Source: an uncultured virus (IMG/VR IMGVR_UViG_3300021599_002318)
Taxonomy: Duplodnaviria; Heunggongvirae; Uroviricota; Caudoviricetes
Reading direction: 5' to 3' (one strand)
IMG/VR virus record: IMGVR_UViG_3300021599_002318
Location: 1 to 64,000 of that record
DNA: 64,000 nt
The stretch's first letter is position 1. Each line of letters opens with the position of its first letter. This document shows positions 16,659-25,536 of the stretch, in pieces. Under the pieces are notes generated by a model, which did no database searches, was not told where the DNA came from, and worked only from the letters and a program-made list of their open reading frames with translations. A program made the translations under genes and the position numbers.

Positions 16659-17699
16659 ATGCCATTACCAAAACAAGTCATACCAACTTTACCATTAGTT
16701 CCCAAGAAGACTCTTTCTGCAAGGAGGGAGCAACTCTTAGAATATATTAATAAGGATGGGACTTATCTTCCTAAATCAGTATTACATGCGGATTTGGACA
16801 GAGGTATGTTGGACTTTGTAAAAAACGATTTGAAGGTTGTTACTGGAGGTAAAACTGTTCCGATGATTGACATACTATTGACAACACAAAATTGGAGTCA
16901 GTATGTTGAAACTGCAACATTTGTTAACTTAGATTATAATGTCGAACCTCCATTCGTTACTGTTGTGAGAAATCCTGAGGTGAAATACGGAACCAATCCA
17001 TCTTTACAATACACAATACCAAACAGAAAACAATTTTATTATGCATCTGTTCCGACTTGGAATGGTAACGAACAAGGTATGGACATATATACAATTCCAC
17101 AACCAGTTCCTGTTGATATTAATTATAGTGTGAAGATTGTGTGTAACAGAATGAGAGAATTGAATCAGTTAAATAAAATTACACTTCAGAAGTTTTCTTC
17201 GCGTCAAGCCTATACCTTCATAAAAGGGCAGTATGTTCCGATAATTATGAACAATATTTCAGATGAATCACAAATGACATTGGAGTCAAGGAAGTATTAT
17301 GTTCAATCATATGATTTTACAATGTTGGGTTACTTGATTGATGAGGAGGAGTTTCAGGTGAAACCAGCCATTGCTCGCGTCGCTCAAGTTGTGGAACTTG
17401 ACACATCTACGATTAGTAAAAGAAGAAGGAAGTTTCCTGAAAATCCTGACGAGTTTTTGTCAAATTTTCAATACGTGGTTGGTAATGACTCTTTGTCTGA
17501 GTTCATTGATTTCACTGCAGATATGACTTGGGTTGGTTCTGAGAACATCTCTAATTTTGATGTCTTTATTAATGGAGATTATTTCGGTTCGAATGTTAAT
17601 AAAATACAAATAACAACCAACGACATTCTTACAATATCCGTAATGAAACAAGACAACCTGAAAGAAGGTTCTATAAAGTTTGATAGTAAGTTGGTTTAG
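16659..17699 (+). CDS. Tail terminator / sheath stabiliser (gp15-like)
   Basis: PQPVPVDINYSVKI and YDFTMLGYL patterns. Located before the sheath gene. Confidence 0.6.
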   Translation: MPLPKQVIPTLPLVPKKTLSARREQLLEYINKDGTYLPKSVLHADLDRGMLDFVKNDLKVVTGGKTVPMIDILLTTQNWSQYVETATFVNLDYNVEPPFVTVVRNPEVKYGTNPSLQYTIPNRKQFYYASVPTWNGNEQGMDIYTIPQPVPVDINYSVKIVCNRMRELNQLNKITLQKFSSRQAYTFIKGQYVPIIMNNISDESQMTLESRKYYVQSYDFTMLGYLIDEEEFQVKPAIARVAQVVELDTSTISKRRRKFPENPDEFLSNFQYVVGNDSLSEFIDFTADMTWVGSENISNFDVFINGDYFGSNVNKIQITTNDILTISVMKQDNLKEGSIKFDSKLV

Positions 17700-17857
17700 T
17701 CCTCCCCATACAAATCTTTCTTTTCTTTACACTTCTCTAATATTAAATTTTCTAAGAATTTATAAATCTTTATCCCCCTTTTATCACAGTATTTTTTCAA
17801 TACCTCGTGAACCTCAGGTGCTATCTTTATATTCTTTATTTCTTTCTTTTTATTCAT
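17696..17857 (-). CDS. Small ribbon-helix-helix-like DNA-binding protein
   Basis: KNIKIAPEVHEVLKKYCDKRGIKIYKFLENLI. Likely start at 17857 (the ORF track extends to 17890). Confidence 0.6.
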   Translation of the reverse strand: MNKKKEIKNIKIAPEVHEVLKKYCDKRGIKIYKFLENLILEKCKEKKDLYGED

Positions 17858-17976
17858 AGGTAGAAAAAAGGTAGAATTTATTCTCACCATTTACAAATAG
17901 ATATTCAAAAGTCAAGTTTTTTCATTCAGATTAGAATATTTATCATTAAAATAAATCTGCATAGAATAATTTAATA

Positions 17977-20900
17977 ATGGCAACAGCACAAGCAAATCAA
18001 AAAGTTTATGTTTCACCTGGTGTTTATACCTCTGAAACGGATTTATCATTCGTGGCTCAGAGTGTGGGTGTTACTACGTTAGGTTTAGTTGGGGAAACAA
18101 TTAAGGGTCCCGCATTTGAACCGATTTTTATAACGAACTACGATGAATTTCAGGCATATTTCGGGGGGTCCGAGCCTGTAAAATTTGTTAATACACAAAT
18201 CCCTAAATATGAAGCGGCTTACATTGCCAAATCTTACTTACAACAATCTAATCAATTGTTCGTAACAAGAATCCTTGGTCTTTCAGGATACGACGCAGGT
18301 CCGTCTTGGAGTATCAAAGTTGTTGCTAATGTTGACCCAACTACGGTTGGTTTCAATCCTGCAACAGCTACCCCTTGGGTGGTAAACTTTACAGGAAGTT
18401 CGACAGGGAATACAATTTCTTTTCTTAATTCATTCCCTTCACAAATTAACAATTCGTTGACTTCACTTTATAGAATGAGTGACGGAAGCACATCTAATAT
18501 CCAATCCGATATTTTAGGGTTTGTGAAAGATGTTCTAACAACAAATTCATTGTCTTCAACAACTGCAAATGTATATGGTGCAATTCCAGAAAGTGACTAT
18601 TATAGTTTGTCTACAGGACGTAACTTAGTCAACGTATATAATTGTGATAATATAAATTATCCTCTTAATGATTTAACAAGTGGTTTGAATGATTCTTGGT
18701 TCTATGCAAACTTTAACAACTATTCCAATGATAACTATTCAGGTTATTCTATGGACTATATTGTTTCATCAATAGCAACAGGAGCTTCTAATAGTTTCTC
18801 GGGTAGTATTTCTGGTAATGTATATACATGGTCAGGAACTGCTTTCAGTGAATATAATAACATGGTTGTAGCGACAATCCGTTCAAGAGGTATATCACTT
18901 TTTGAAAATAGTGCAGCAAGTAATGCTCACGGTCCAATTTACGAGGTAAACTCGGGTGGAACTGTTTCAGGATTGAGTGCATTAACTATGGTTTGTTCGG
19001 GACAATACTCAGGGGTTACAATTAATCCTTACGAAACCTTCTTGTTATCAGGTATAACGAAAGATAATGATAATTTCAGTTTTGAAGTTTCATTGTCGGC
19101 ACTTTCTTCTAAGTTTATAACTAAAGTATTAGGGACGGACAATTTCGGAAAATCTAGACAGGAGGTTCCTGTATTCGTTGAGGAAGTTTATCCAGCTTCT
19201 TTGGCTTATGCTTATAATCAAAGTTATATCCGTGGATTAGATTGTCAGTTGATTGGTTTACCTGGAGCAAGAACAGAAGACCCAAGTTCAATTGCTTATA
19301 ACGTAGAAAAATATCAATCACCTATGACACCATTCTTGGTTTCAGAGTTGAGAGGTAATAAAGTTTATAAATTATTCAGATTCATATCAATCTCTGATGG
19401 AGATGCAGCTAACGTTGAAGTAAAAGTTTCAATCGCGAACTTGTCTTTTAACAACATGACATTTGATGTTTTAGTTAGAAATTTCTTTGACACCGATGCG
19501 AACCCTGTTGTGATTGAGAAATTCACAAATTGCACTATGGACCCAGCTTCAAATAACTTTGTGGCTAAAAAGATTGGTTCTTCTAATGGTGAGTTTGCTT
19601 TAATATCAAAATATGTGATGGTTGAAATGTCTGAAGAGGCACCAATAGATGCACTTCCTTGTGGATTCTACGGATACACTCAAAGAGAATATGCATCTGT
19701 TAGTAATCCATCTCCTGTTCCAAAGTTCAAAACAAAATACTACTTCCCTGGTGAAGTTATCTATAACCCACCTTTCGGTGCAGCAACTGGAGGTGATAAT
19801 TTAGTCGAGTCACCTGGTGATATAGTGAGAAGAAGTTACTTAGGTTTTTCAACTCAGTTCGGAATTGACGAATCATTCCTTTCTTATAAAGGTAAACAAA
19901 ATCCACCTTCTTGGGTCATTGCTCCAATCCCTGTCGAGGGTGCTACTTGGAACTACTTAAGTAAAGGTTTCCATATGGACTCAGGTGCAACTGTAGTTAC
20001 TATTGGTAATGTTTATCAAACAAGTGGAACACCGGCATTTGAGTGTGGGGTTGCTGATTTCAGATTTGACCCAGAAACACAAGAAAATCCTTACTACTTT
20101 ATCTACTCAAGAAAATACACAGTATGTTTCGCTGGTGGGTTTGATGGTTGGGACATTTATAGAGAATATAGAACAAACCAAGATAGATTCCAATTGGGAG
20201 CATCAGGTTACTTGGCGGGTGCATCTGCATCATCAAGATATCCTTCAGCAACTGGTCAAGGTTTATTTAAGAGAATTGTGGTTGAAAACAATACACAAGA
20301 TTTTGCTAACACTGACTATTATGCTTATCTATTAGGTATTCTTACGTTCAGAAATCCTGAAGCTACTAATATCAATGTATTTGCAACTTCAAGTATCGAT
20401 TATTACAATAACTCAAACCTTGTTGAAGAAGCTATCGACATGATTCAGTTCCAAAGGGCTGATTCTGTTTATATAGCAACGACACCAGATTATAACATGT
20501 ATACTCCTGATGGAACAAACTCTTTGGATATTATTTATCCTCAGGAAGCGGTTGATAACTTAGATAACACAGGAATTGATTCTAACTATACATCTACTTA
20601 CTATCCTTGGATTTTGGTGAGAGATACAGTAAACAATACACAGATTTACTTACCACCAACAGGTGAAGTTTGTAGAAATTTAGCTCTTACAGATAACATA
20701 TCCTTCCCATGGTTCGCGTCAGCGGGTTACACAAGAGGTCTTGTAAATTCAATAAAGGCAAGATTGAAGTTGACTCAAGAGGATAGAGATACTCTTTATC
20801 AAGGAAGAATCAACCCTATTGCAACTTTTGCGGACGTTGGAACTGTAATTTGGGGTAACAAAACCCTACAGGTTGCGGATACCGCTCTAAACAGACTTAA

Positions 20901-21201
20901 CGTAAGAAGATTGTTACTTCAGGCTCGTAAGTTAATTTCAGCGGTGGCTGTAAGATTACTGTTCGAACAGAACGACCAAGTAGTAAGACAACAATTCTTG
21001 GATAGTGTGAACCCAATCCTTGATTCAATTAGAAGAGATAGAGGTCTATATGATTTCCGTGTGACAGTATCTTCTTCACCTGAAGATTTAGACAGAAACA
21101 CATTAACAGGAAAGATTTACTTAAAACCAACGAAGGCTCTCGAATTCATAGATATTGAATTCTTTATTACACCAACAGGAGCTTCGTTCGAAAATATCTA
21201 A
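17977..21201 (+). CDS. Contractile tail sheath protein (gp18-like)
   Basis: SPGVYTSETD, GETIKGPAFEP, PWFASAGYTRG, INPIATF, IWGNKTL, RLNVRRLL, KPTKALEFI. Confidence 0.95.
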   Translation: MATAQANQKVYVSPGVYTSETDLSFVAQSVGVTTLGLVGETIKGPAFEPIFITNYDEFQAYFGGSEPVKFVNTQIPKYEAAYIAKSYLQQSNQLFVTRILGLSGYDAGPSWSIKVVANVDPTTVGFNPATATPWVVNFTGSSTGNTISFLNSFPSQINNSLTSLYRMSDGSTSNIQSDILGFVKDVLTTNSLSSTTANVYGAIPESDYYSLSTGRNLVNVYNCDNINYPLNDLTSGLNDSWFYANFNNYSNDNYSGYSMDYIVSSIATGASNSFSGSISGNVYTWSGTAFSEYNNMVVATIRSRGISLFENSAASNAHGPIYEVNSGGTVSGLSALTMVCSGQYSGVTINPYETFLLSGITKDNDNFSFEVSLSALSSKFITKVLGTDNFGKSRQEVPVFVEEVYPASLAYAYNQSYIRGLDCQLIGLPGARTEDPSSIAYNVEKYQSPMTPFLVSELRGNKVYKLFRFISISDGDAANVEVKVSIANLSFNNMTFDVLVRNFFDTDANPVVIEKFTNCTMDPASNNFVAKKIGSSNGEFALISKYVMVEMSEEAPIDALPCGFYGYTQREYASVSNPSPVPKFKTKYYFPGEVIYNPPFGAATGGDNLVESPGDIVRRSYLGFSTQFGIDESFLSYKGKQNPPSWVIAPIPVEGATWNYLSKGFHMDSGATVVTIGNVYQTSGTPAFECGVADFRFDPETQENPYYFIYSRKYTVCFAGGFDGWDIYREYRTNQDRFQLGASGYLAGASASSRYPSATGQGLFKRIVVENNTQDFANTDYYAYLLGILTFRNPEATNINVFATSSIDYYNNSNLVEEAIDMIQFQRADSVYIATTPDYNMYTPDGTNSLDIIYPQEAVDNLDNTGIDSNYTSTYYPWILVRDTVNNTQIYLPPTGEVCRNLALTDNISFPWFASAGYTRGLVNSIKARLKLTQEDRDTLYQGRINPIATFADVGTVIWGNKTLQVADTALNRLNVRRLLLQARKLISAVAVRLLFEQNDQVVRQQFLDSVNPILDSIRRDRGLYDFRVTVSSSPEDLDRNTLTGKIYLKPTKALEFIDIEFFITPTGASFENI

Positions 21202-21208
21202 TAAAAAC

Positions 21209-21234
21209 GGGGGGACAAAATCCCCCCATTTTTT
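21209..21234 (+). terminator. Rho-independent terminator
   Basis: gggggga-caaaa-tcccccc followed by atttttt. Confidence 0.8.
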
Positions 21235-21245
21235 AGCCATACTAA

Positions 21246-22076
21246 ATGAGAAAAGAGATTACAGAAGGTTTCAAAGACGAGAAAACCCCGGATTTAAAAT
21301 ATTACGCTTTCGACTGGGATGACAATATTGTGCACATGCCGACAAAGATAATTCTGAAAGATTCAGACGGAGAAGAGGTAGGTATGTCAACCGAAGATTT
21401 TGCAGAATACCGACACATTGTAGGAAAAGAAGATTTTGAATATAACGGACATAAGATTGTTGGGTTCGGTGACAATCCGTTTAGAAACTTTCGAACTGAA
21501 GGAGACAAAGACTTTTTGATTGATTCTATGCAAGCAAAGAAGGGACCAGCTTTTGATGACTTTAGAGAAGCAATAAATAATGGTTCAATATTTGCAATAA
21601 TCACTGCAAGGGGTCATAATCCCGAAACCCTGAAACAATCCGTCTACAATTATATTGTAAATGATTTCGGCGGGATATCCAAAGATGAACTAATCAAAAA
21701 TTTAAAAAAATATAGGAACTTTACAGGTGAAGAAGATTTATCTGATAAAGAACTTATCGACCTTTATTTGGATTTAAACAAATACCATCCCGTTTCTTTT
21801 GGAGATGAGTCGGGTGCCACAAATCCCGAGGAGGCGAAGGTTAGAGCGATGAATGATTTTGTGGACTACATTAAGAATATGGCAGCATTACTTAATAAAA
21901 GAGCATGGTTAAAAAACGACATAGGAAACAAATTTACACCATCTAAACCATCAATTGGTTTTTCAGACGATGACCCAAGAAATGTAGAAGTAATGAGAAA
22001 AGCCTTTAAAGATAAACCAGATAATTTAGTTAAAACATATTCTACTGCTGGAGGAACTAAGAAGGAAGTGCAATAA
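21246..22076 (+). CDS. HAD-superfamily phosphatase-like protein
   Basis: Motif I FDWDDNI, motif II ITARG, motif III K (EEAK), motif IV SDDD..N. Confidence 0.7.
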   Translation: MRKEITEGFKDEKTPDLKYYAFDWDDNIVHMPTKIILKDSDGEEVGMSTEDFAEYRHIVGKEDFEYNGHKIVGFGDNPFRNFRTEGDKDFLIDSMQAKKGPAFDDFREAINNGSIFAIITARGHNPETLKQSVYNYIVNDFGGISKDELIKNLKKYRNFTGEEDLSDKELIDLYLDLNKYHPVSFGDESGATNPEEAKVRAMNDFVDYIKNMAALLNKRAWLKNDIGNKFTPSKPSIGFSDDDPRNVEVMRKAFKDKPDNLVKTYSTAGGTKKEVQ

Positions 22077-22168
22077 GAATACTTTTTTTAAAAATTAAAG
22101 TAAAGAGAAATATTTTCTAACAGACTATATTTATAACATATAAACACTGAAAACAAAAAATTAATTAT

Positions 22169-22657
22169 ATGGCTGATTTACTGATGAAAATGCCCATACC
22201 TTACGAACCGAAACGTCAGAATCGATTCATTCTAAGGTTTCCGTCAAGTTTAGGTATTAATGAGTGGTTCGTGGAGTCTGCTTCAAGACCATCTATCAAG
22301 ATAAACTCAACTGAAATTCAATTCTTAAACACTTCAACATTTGTTGCAGGTAGATTTAACTGGGATGAAATTCAGGTAAAATTTAGAGACCCAATTGGTC
22401 CTTCAGCTGCACAAGCACTTATGGAATGGGTTCGTCTACACGCTGAGTCGGTAACAGGTCGTATGGGTTACGCAGCGGGTTATAAAAAAGATATTGACCT
22501 TGAGATGTTGGACCCAACAGGGGTGGTGGTAGAAAAATGGATTCTCTATGGAACCTTCCTAACAAGTGCAAACTTCGGAAGTCTGTCTTACAGTCAGGAC
22601 GCTCTTGCAGATATTACTTGTGGATTGAGAATGGATAGATGTGTGTTAGTTTACTAA
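22169..22657 (+). CDS. Tail tube protein (gp19-like)
   Basis: EPKRQNRF, AGRFNWDEI, YKKDIDLEMLDPTG.VVEKW. Follows the sheath gene. Confidence 0.9.
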   Translation: MADLLMKMPIPYEPKRQNRFILRFPSSLGINEWFVESASRPSIKINSTEIQFLNTSTFVAGRFNWDEIQVKFRDPIGPSAAQALMEWVRLHAESVTGRMGYAAGYKKDIDLEMLDPTGVVVEKWILYGTFLTSANFGSLSYSQDALADITCGLRMDRCVLVY

Positions 22658-22690
22658 TACTCTTTATAAAAAATCGTTTCTAATTATATT

Positions 22691-22727
22691 TAACCGTAGA
22701 CATAAACTCTACGGTTATTTTTTTTTT
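22691..22727 (+). terminator. Rho-independent terminator immediately before the next ATG
   Basis: taaccgtaga-cataaac-tctacggtta followed by 10 T. Confidence 0.8.
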
Positions 22728-23477
22728 ATGGATGAACAAACAAGAAATTATGCACAGAGTAATTTAACATTACCTCACGATATCGTGCCCTTACCATCTG
22801 AAGGGGTATTTTACAAGAATAAAAAGAAATCTGTGAAGGTTGGTTATCTGACCGCAGCTGATGAAAACATTCTTATGGCTGGTGGATTGGATATTACCAC
22901 TAATCTTTTGAGAAATAAATTATACGAACCTGACATGAGGATTGATGATTTATTGGAAGGAGATGTGGAAGCTATTTTAGTATTTTTAAGAAACACAGGT
23001 TTTGGACCAGAGATGAACTTAAACCTTACCGACCCACAAACCAAAAAGACTTTTCCTGCGACAATTGTATTGGACGAATTGAATGTAAATAAAGGACAAA
23101 AACCAAATGAAGACGGAACTTTTATCACTACTTTACCAAAATCAAATTCAACAGTCAAACTCAAACCTATTACATATGGTGAGATAAACGAAATACAAAA
23201 AATCATAGATACATATCCCCAAGGGAGAGTTGCACCAAAAGTTACTCTCAGGCTTAATAAAGAAATTGTTGAGGTAAATGGAACTAGTGACAGAGCGGAA
23301 ATTGCCAAGTTTGTAGAACAAATGCCAATTATGGACTCCAAGTATATTCGTAAGTTCATGGATGAAAATGAACCTAAATTGGATTTGAGAAGAGAAGTAA
23401 TAGCCCCATCAGGAGAAAGACTAACAGTCAACGTTGGTTTTGGGGTTGAATTTTTTCGCCCTTTCTTCGGATTATAG
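22728..23477 (+). CDS. Baseplate hub assembly / tail assembly chaperone (gp26-like)
   Basis: LPSEG.FY, LTAADENIL, GDVEAILVFLR, C-terminal EFFRP. Located between tube and tape measure. Confidence 0.7.
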   Translation: MDEQTRNYAQSNLTLPHDIVPLPSEGVFYKNKKKSVKVGYLTAADENILMAGGLDITTNLLRNKLYEPDMRIDDLLEGDVEAILVFLRNTGFGPEMNLNLTDPQTKKTFPATIVLDELNVNKGQKPNEDGTFITTLPKSNSTVKLKPITYGEINEIQKIIDTYPQGRVAPKVTLRLNKEIVEVNGTSDRAEIAKFVEQMPIMDSKYIRKFMDENEPKLDLRREVIAPSGERLTVNVGFGVEFFRPFFGL

Positions 23478-23610
23478 GAAAGGTCAAATTGATGAATTCT
23501 ATTATTTGAATAGATTGTTGAATATAAGTTGGACCGATTTTGAAAAAATGCCTCTTTTTGTGAGAAGATATATTTTGGATAAATGGGTTGAAGAAAATCA
23601 AAAGGACTGA
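23455..23610 (+). CDS. Unannotated +1-frame extension of the chaperone (probable frameshift product; alternatively a TTG-started small ORF)
   Basis: The +1 frame is open 23425-23610: FALSSDYRKGQIDEFYYLNRLLNISWTDFEKMPLFVRRYILDKWVEENQKD*. No ATG until 23548. Confidence 0.7.
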   Translation, partial: FALSSDYRKGQIDEFYYLNRLLNISWTDFEKMPLFVRRYILDKWVEENQKD

Positions 23611-23626
23611 AAAATCAGTCCTTTTG
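23599..23626 (+). terminator. Perfect 12-bp hairpin (terminator-like)
   Basis: caaaaggactga-aaaa-tcagtccttttg spans the TGA of the +1-frame ORF. Confidence 0.6.
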
Positions 23627-23649
23627 TATTTATATAATATTACTAAATT

Positions 23650-25500
23650 ATGCAAGCAGATTACGGAGGACAAATAGGCGGGGAAACAACACCAGAAGGA
23701 TTTGCCGCAAGGATAAAATCGCTTTTAGATATTGGTGTAGAAGACTTTGCTTCAGCGGTCACAAGATTGAGTCAGGCCTCAACCGATATCAATAAGGTAT
23801 TCACCCAAGGAAGACAAAGAGTAGTTGAACTTCAGCAGGCAGTTGCGGATTCAGTTCCTGACGTTCTTAGACTTGGAGGTTCAGTTCAAGATGTTAGTAG
23901 TGCAATCGAAGGAGTTGCCAAAGCGGCAAACAGGAATGTGTTGGCAACACAAGAACAAATCGAAAAGTTATATGCTGCAAATAAAATTCTAGACCTGAGT
24001 GCAGAGAGTCTTACCAACAGTTTCATGAATGTTGGTATGTCTGTGAAAGACATTGGAAAGAATTTAGAGTCATCAATACAGTATGTTCAAAGTATAGGAG
24101 GAAACGCTGCTGAGGTTGTCAAAGACATGACTGCAAACATGGACCAACTCAACCGTTATCAGTTTGAGGGTGGTGTGAAAGGTTTAACAAAAATGGCAGC
24201 ACAAGCCTCAATGTTAAGGTTTGACATGAACCAAACTTTTCAATTGGCGGAAAAGGTTCTGAGCCCTGAGGGTGCAATTCAAGTAGCATCAGCATTCCAA
24301 AGATTAGGTGTTTCCGTAGGAAACTTAGTTGACCCTTTTCAACTGATGAATCAATCCATCAACGACCCATCAGGTTTACAAGATAGTTTAGCCCAAATGA
24401 CAAAACAGTTTTCTTATTTCGATGAGGAAACTAAAACATTCAAAATCAATCCACAGGGAGTTCTGACAATTAATGAGATTGCAAATCAAACTCAAATGAG
24501 TGCTAAAGAACTTAGAGAAATGTCTTTAGCTGCTTTAGAATTGGACAGGAGATTATCTGCGGTAAGTGCTGCAGGTCTTTCTATTGCAAGTGAAGAGGAC
24601 AAACAATACTTAGCTAACATAGCCACAATGACGAGTGAGGGGACCTATGAAGTAAAAATCAAAGATGAAAAGTCTGGTGAGTATATTACAAAAGAACTTT
24701 CACAAGTTACTCAAACAGAATTTGACAAATTGATACAGGAACAAAAAAAAGGACCAAAAACTTTAGAGGATTTGGTTAGAAGTCAAATGAATTATACGGA
24801 GTCAATTGAGGCTGACGTATCTGCAATAAGAAATAAGTTGGTTGGTGGACTTGCCTCTGCTTCTCCTGTCTTAAGAGGATTTGAGGGTGCAAGAAATGTT
24901 ATCTCTACAATTGGTGGTGAACTTTCGGATATAGGTGGAACAAAAGAAGTTAGAGAAAAGGTTCAAAAATTCATGTCGGGTATGGGAAGTATTGTTGATG
25001 AATTAGCAGACCCAAACACAAATAAGTTGTCGGTTATCCAAAAATACATGGCAAGTTTTGGAACTGAACTTGATGATATAAAAAATGATTTGAATAAAGC
25101 AATAAAAAGTGCTTTAGAAAAATCAAAAAACAAACTCAATACAGATAATAAAGTTGAAGCTGCTGGTTCGTGGGTGCTCGGTAAAGTTCTTGGTCAAGAA
25201 ACAACTAACACAAAGGCAAGTAAACAAGCTGAAATTTTGAATGACGCTTCGAAAAAAGCAGAATCTTTAGCCAAAGAAGGTAAGATTCCTTATGGGACAC
25301 AGGTAAATTCAAAAGTGGAGTTTGGTGTATTGAAAGTTGATTTGAACATCCAAGGAAACCAAACCTTAAACGAAACGCAAAAACAAGAGATAGTTAAAAT
25401 TTTAAGTGATAAATTTAGAGAAATTGGGGTCCAAAATTATATGGTTCAGGTTAGCCAAAAGAATCCTTCAACAGCATCTGGTATAGCCAAAGCCAAATAA
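23650..25500 (+). CDS. Tape measure protein
   Basis: 616 aa, helical Ala/Gln/Ser-rich, in the canonical position after tube and chaperone. Confidence 0.7.
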   Translation: MQADYGGQIGGETTPEGFAARIKSLLDIGVEDFASAVTRLSQASTDINKVFTQGRQRVVELQQAVADSVPDVLRLGGSVQDVSSAIEGVAKAANRNVLATQEQIEKLYAANKILDLSAESLTNSFMNVGMSVKDIGKNLESSIQYVQSIGGNAAEVVKDMTANMDQLNRYQFEGGVKGLTKMAAQASMLRFDMNQTFQLAEKVLSPEGAIQVASAFQRLGVSVGNLVDPFQLMNQSINDPSGLQDSLAQMTKQFSYFDEETKTFKINPQGVLTINEIANQTQMSAKELREMSLAALELDRRLSAVSAAGLSIASEEDKQYLANIATMTSEGTYEVKIKDEKSGEYITKELSQVTQTEFDKLIQEQKKGPKTLEDLVRSQMNYTESIEADVSAIRNKLVGGLASASPVLRGFEGARNVISTIGGELSDIGGTKEVREKVQKFMSGMGSIVDELADPNTNKLSVIQKYMASFGTELDDIKNDLNKAIKSALEKSKNKLNTDNKVEAAGSWVLGKVLGQETTNTKASKQAEILNDASKKAESLAKEGKIPYGTQVNSKVEFGVLKVDLNIQGNQTLNETQKQEIVKILSDKFREIGVQNYMVQVSQKNPSTASGIAKAK

Positions 25501-25536
25501 AAAATACTATATAACCTATTTATAGAAAAATAATTG

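Noticed and set aside
22844..23431. 195-aa antisense ORF and the other short nested ORFs in the track
   Set aside because: Shadow frames of recognisable genes, with no motifs or independent expression signals
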